From assembly GCA_033762915.1 (NCBI GenBank), contig JANRLD010000115.1, positions 110,410-174,409 on the forward strand: a stretch of DNA of 64,000 nucleotides, read 5' to 3'. Origin of the DNA: Meiothermus sp. Its GTDB lineage: Bacteria > Deinococcota > Deinococci > Deinococcales > Thermaceae. A program made the translations under genes and the position numbers. Position 1 is the first letter of the stretch, and each line of letters starts with the position of its first letter. The notes under the pieces are model-generated. The model saw nothing but the letters and a program-made list of their open reading frames with translations. It was not told the origin of the DNA and ran no database searches. Shown piece after piece: positions 60,277 to 64,000 of this stretch.

Positions 60277-62010
60277 CTAGTCCTTCGTAAAGATCGTCTC
60301 GAGGTACGGGTACTGCCCCTGCGCCGGGCCGCTGGAGAAGACCGAGCGGATGTTGCCCCTGTCGAAGAGGCCGCCGGCGCGCTCGAGGCGGGCCGGGTTG
60401 TAGGCCGGTGCGACGAGGTAGACGAAGGGCAGGTTCTCGGCCACGACCTTCTGGAACTGAACATAGGCAGCGCGGCGCTGGACCTGGTCGAGGGTGGTCG
60501 CGCCCTGGGTGAAGAGCTTGTCTATCAGCACTTCGAAGGGCTCGTAGGTGGCCTTGGGGCCAAGGTTCCAGGCGTGCAGCGGGCCGCCCAGCAGCCAGGT
60601 GTTGCGCCCGGTGTCGGGCTCGGGGCCGCTGGTCAGGCCGATCAGGATGGCGTCGAAGTCGCGGGTACCGTCGGGGTTGGGGGTGGTGAGCTGGCGCACC
60701 AGCTCGTTAAAGTCCAGCGGGCGGAAGTTGACCTTGACCCCCGCCTTTCTCGCGTCCTCAGCGAAGATCTGGGCCATCTTCTCGCGCACGGTGTTGCCCT
60801 GGTTGGTGACCAGGCTAAACTCGAGCACCTGCCCCTGGGCGTTCACCAGCCAGCCGTCGCGGTTCCTGGCGCGGAAACCCATCTCGGCCAGCAGCGCGGC
60901 GGCTCGAGCCGGGTTAAAGGCATATTTGGCCACGTCTTCTGTGAAGAACTGCTTGGCCGGGGCGATAATCGGGCTCCACAGCGGCCTGCCCAGCCCGCCC
61001 AGCGCCACCTCGATCATGGACTGCTTGTCGGTCAGGTGGGCCATGGCCTGGCGAAACTTGAGGGTGCGGAAGAGCCGGGCCTTGAAGGCGTCCTTATTAT
61101 TCCAGTTGAAAACGATAAAGTTGGTGCTCCCCACCACATCGGCGTTGGGATAGATTTCGGCCTTGAGGCGGCCCCCGCGCACGCGGTCGAGCACCTGGGC
61201 CACTTTGTCGGCGTCGGGGGCCAGATAGATGTCCTGCTCGCCAGCCAGGAACCGCGCCAGCTGGGCCTCCTGATTGGTCACGATGGTCCAGGTGTAGCGG
61301 CTGAGGTAGGGCAGCCTGACACCCTTCTCGTCCACGCCCCAGAAATTGTTGTTGCGCTCCAGGACCACCCGCTCGCCCTTCACGTAGGAGCCCAGCACGA
61401 ACGGCCCGCCCGCCACAATCTCGCCGGGCTTGGTGTCCACCCCCCATAGCTCGGTGACCTTACCGGCCCTGTAGGCGTCGCCGAAGACGTGCTCGGGCAC
61501 GATGAACCAGCCCTGCAGCAAGGCGGGGGCGTAGACCTTGGGAAAGTCGGCCCGCACGGTGTAGGTGTCCACCTTGCTCCAGCGGATCGGCTTGCCGTCG
61601 AGGACGAAGCTGGTGCGGGAGTTGGAGTTGACCTTGGGGTCGGCGTGGACGGTGGCGCTGAACACCACGTCTTCGGCGGTGATGGGCCTGCCGTCCGACC
61701 ACCTCGCACCCGGCTCGAGCCTGAAGATGATGGTCAGCCCACCGCTGCGGATTTCCCAGGACTTGACCAGGTAGCCCTCGGGCTGAAGGGTGTAGGGATC
61801 GAACTGCATCAGCCCCGGCAGGATCATCCCGATGATGTCGGTGGAAGAGGTCTCCTTGGCCACAAAGGGGTTGAAGGTCTTGGGGTCGGAGATGTTGGAG
61901 GTGCGGATCAGCCCCCCCACCTTCCCCGCCTCGGTGCCCTTGAACACCTTGGGGGCTTGGGCCAGGCCCAGACCAGAGAGCAGCAACACCAGCAGCAGGA
62001 CTGTACGCAT
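60277..62010 (-). CDS. Peptide-type ABC substrate-binding protein (family 5), module 2
   Basis: Signal peptide; DPKTFNP; RWSDGRPITAEDV. Confidence 0.92.
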   Translation of the reverse strand: MRTVLLLVLLLSGLGLAQAPKVFKGTEAGKVGGLIRTSNISDPKTFNPFVAKETSSTDIIGMILPGLMQFDPYTLQPEGYLVKSWEIRSGGLTIIFRLEPGARWSDGRPITAEDVVFSATVHADPKVNSNSRTSFVLDGKPIRWSKVDTYTVRADFPKVYAPALLQGWFIVPEHVFGDAYRAGKVTELWGVDTKPGEIVAGGPFVLGSYVKGERVVLERNNNFWGVDEKGVRLPYLSRYTWTIVTNQEAQLARFLAGEQDIYLAPDADKVAQVLDRVRGGRLKAEIYPNADVVGSTNFIVFNWNNKDAFKARLFRTLKFRQAMAHLTDKQSMIEVALGGLGRPLWSPIIAPAKQFFTEDVAKYAFNPARAAALLAEMGFRARNRDGWLVNAQGQVLEFSLVTNQGNTVREKMAQIFAEDARKAGVKVNFRPLDFNELVRQLTTPNPDGTRDFDAILIGLTSGPEPDTGRNTWLLGGPLHAWNLGPKATYEPFEVLIDKLFTQGATTLDQVQRRAAYVQFQKVVAENLPFVYLVAPAYNPARLERAGGLFDRGNIRSVFSSGPAQGQYPYLETIFTKD

Positions 62011-62281
62011 CGGTTCCTCCGTAGACACAACCAGCACCCCGACCGCGTTGGGCTAGCCTCGAGGTGGTCGTGCTTACACCCTAGTTCCCGCAAGCCAGAG
62101 GCGTCATCAGCCAGGAAGCGTGGGTTATCGGCTGACTAGGCGTTGATGTGTTGGGTTAGAGGGATATCCACCAGATGGCTGCGGTACGTCAACCGCTGTG
62201 TTCAGCGGCGGGGGTGGGTTGAGCTCGAGGTCGAATGGAGGCCGAAAGACGCCCTTGACTCTCGTGCGCAGCCAAAAGCGC

Positions 62282-62307
62282 GGCCCCTCGAGCCGGCTCG
62301 AGGGGCC
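62282..62307. terminator. Perfect 26-bp palindrome after secG
   Basis: GGCCCCTCGAGCC/GGCTCGAGGGGCC. Confidence 0.7.
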
Positions 62308-62323
62308 TGGTAGATCGAAGCTT

Positions 62324-62551
62324 TTAGCGGGGCAAGCGGCCCAGGATGAAGGCCAGCACCACGAAGATCACGCCCAGCACCACGGTGATGCGGTAGATGC
62401 CGCCGGTCGTTCCCTTGGTGGTGAACAGGTCAGAGGAAGCGGCCATGAAGTCACCCGCGCCCTGCTTGGGCTCCTGAGAGAGCACCAGATAGACCAAGAA
62501 GCCGGCCGCGCCTACGAAGAGGATGATCAGAACCCACCAGAGAATTTCCAT
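62324..62551 (-). CDS. secG: Preprotein translocase subunit SecG
   Basis: 75 aa; two TM segments with the LVLSQEPKQGAG..DLF loop; adjacent to tRNA-Leu. Confidence 0.9.
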   Translation of the reverse strand: MEILWWVLIILFVGAAGFLVYLVLSQEPKQGAGDFMAASSDLFTTKGTTGGIYRITVVLGVIFVVLAFILGRLPR

Positions 62552-62580
62552 CCGTTACCTCAAAGTTTGCCGAGCGCCTT

Positions 62581-62666
62581 TGGTGCCGGGAATGGGACTC
62601 GAACCCACACGGCTGCGAACCGTCCGATTTTGAGTCGGGTGCGTCTACCAATTCCGCCATCCCGGC
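62581..62666 (-). tRNA. tRNA-Leu(CAA)
   Basis: 86 nt cloverleaf with variable arm; anticodon loop CTCAAAA; GGTTCGAGTCC; CCA end. Confidence 0.96.
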
Positions 62667-62718
62667 TTGCGCGCTCAGCAGGTTGTGCCGGCAGGGCTTT
62701 GTCCCCGAGCCAGCAACT

Positions 62719-64000
62719 TCAAACTATAGGGGTTTTGCGGCCATAAAGCAAGCCTAAAGCCGCCATCCCCAGCGCCACCCAGACCGCCCAATCGCCCCAC
62801 CTCACGTACAACGTCTGGCCCTCGAGGAAGCTGAACCTCCCAGCCAGGAAGCCCTCCCGCTGACGGGGGATGAAGCTCATCACCCGGCCGTAGGGGTCGA
62901 GCACGGCGGTCACCCCGTCGTTGCCCGCCCGCAGCACCCAGCGCCCGGTCTCCGCCGCCCGAATCCGCCCCATCTGGAAGTGCTGGAGCCCGCCGAAGCT
63001 GGGGCCAAACCAAGCGTCGTTGGTGACCAGGGCCAAAACCTGCGCCCCATTTTGGGTGAAGATTCTGCTGACCGACGGGAACACCGACTCGTAGCAGATG
63101 TAAGTGCCGTACCTCCCCAGCACCGTGTAGGTGCCGCCGGGTGTCTGGCTGCGAAGGTCGGATTCGAAGCCCAGGGCGCGGAAGAAGAAACTGTAGACCT
63201 GCGGCAATTCCCGCTGAAAGGGGTAGAACTCGCCGAACGGCACCAGGCGGGTCTTGGCGTAGTCGGCGGTGATTCGACCGTCGGTCAACAGCGCGGCGCT
63301 GTTGGAGCCGAAGCGCTCGCCGGGCCTGAACAGATACGCCCCCGCCACCAATTCACGGCCCGTCAACCAGGCCGTACCCGGGCTGGGCAAGTCAGGGCCC
63401 AAGACAGAGCTTTCCGGCCACACCACCGCAACGGCCTCAGGGTGCGCCGCAACGCCCTGGGCCGAGAGGCGGTTGTAAATCTCGGGGGCCACATCCCAGC
63501 GGCCCGAGCGCGGGTTGAGGTTGCCCTGCACCAGCAGCGCGGTGGTGTCGCCCTGCTGGGCCTCTGGCAGCCGCCAGCCCCACAGCCCCAGCCAGAAGAC
63601 CAGCAGGACGACGAGGGCGATGCCGTGTCTGCTGAACACCTCCGGCCGGCGCTGGGACGCTTCCCACAACACCGAGAGCAGCCAGGCCACCCCAAGCACC
63701 ACCAGCGACAGCAGGTAAATCCCCCCCGCGCTGGCCAGCATCCGCCCCGGCGCGTCCGTCAGCGCGTAACCCATGAAGCCCCAGGGGAAGGCCAGCGGCC
63801 CCAGGCTGGTGAGGTACTCGAGGACCACCCACAGCCCGGCCCTGGCCAGCGGCTTCCTCACGCTCAGCCCGAACACGGCTGCCCACATCAGCGCCTTGAT
63901 AGCGATGACCGGGATGAAGATCACCGCGCCCCAAAAGGTCTCGAACAGTACCGTGAAGCTAAACGGAAGCCAGATCAGGTGCGTCAGCCAGAACCCAATC
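62719..64000 (-). CDS. lnt: Apolipoprotein N-acyltransferase (5' end outside the window)
   Basis: FPWG, LVQGN, VWPES, KTRLVPFGE, ICYES, TNDAWF, RAAETGR. Confidence 0.94.
   Translation of the reverse strand, partial: IGFWLTHLIWLPFSFTVLFETFWGAVIFIPVIAIKALMWAAVFGLSVRKPLARAGLWVVLEYLTSLGPLAFPWGFMGYALTDAPGRMLASAGGIYLLSLVVLGVAWLLSVLWEASQRRPEVFSRHGIALVVLLVFWLGLWGWRLPEAQQGDTTALLVQGNLNPRSGRWDVAPEIYNRLSAQGVAAHPEAVAVVWPESSVLGPDLPSPGTAWLTGRELVAGAYLFRPGERFGSNSAALLTDGRITADYAKTRLVPFGEFYPFQRELPQVYSFFFRALGFESDLRSQTPGGTYTVLGRYGTYICYESVFPSVSRIFTQNGAQVLALVTNDAWFGPSFGGLQHFQMGRIRAAETGRWVLRAGNDGVTAVLDPYGRVMSFIPRQREGFLAGRFSFLEGQTLYVRWGDWAVWVALGMAALGLLYGRKTPIV

Overview
This is a GC-rich chromosomal window, most consistent with a Meiothermus/Calidithermus-type Thermaceae bacterium. 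That assignment is inferred from gene content, many leaderless-type starts and very frequent CTCGAG sites. It contains an amino-sugar locus (nanE, an RpiR regulator, a sugar ABC transporter, divergent nagZ), a split chromate transporter pair, ftsK, trxB, a voltage-gated channel, tRNA-fMet, fni, galE, an ars cluster with arsN2/arsN1, rel, two peptide-type ABC modules sharing one ATPase pair, secG, tRNA-Leu(CAA) and a partial lnt. The standout region is 12.6-25.5 kb (minus strand). There a promoter, a 26-aa leader ORF and mutually exclusive terminator/antiterminator hairpins precede a RIO1-like kinase, a SAM methyltransferase, a cysteine hydrolase and 11 mostly translationally coupled GNAT-fold genes. 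This is a candidate ribosome-stress-inducible modification/detoxification array. Other notable signals are a MITE-like repeat family with 3-bp TGA/TCA target duplications (including a nested insertion), a channel with a TGEGWTD selectivity filter, and several unannotated small ORFs. All calls were made by eye; no database searches were run.
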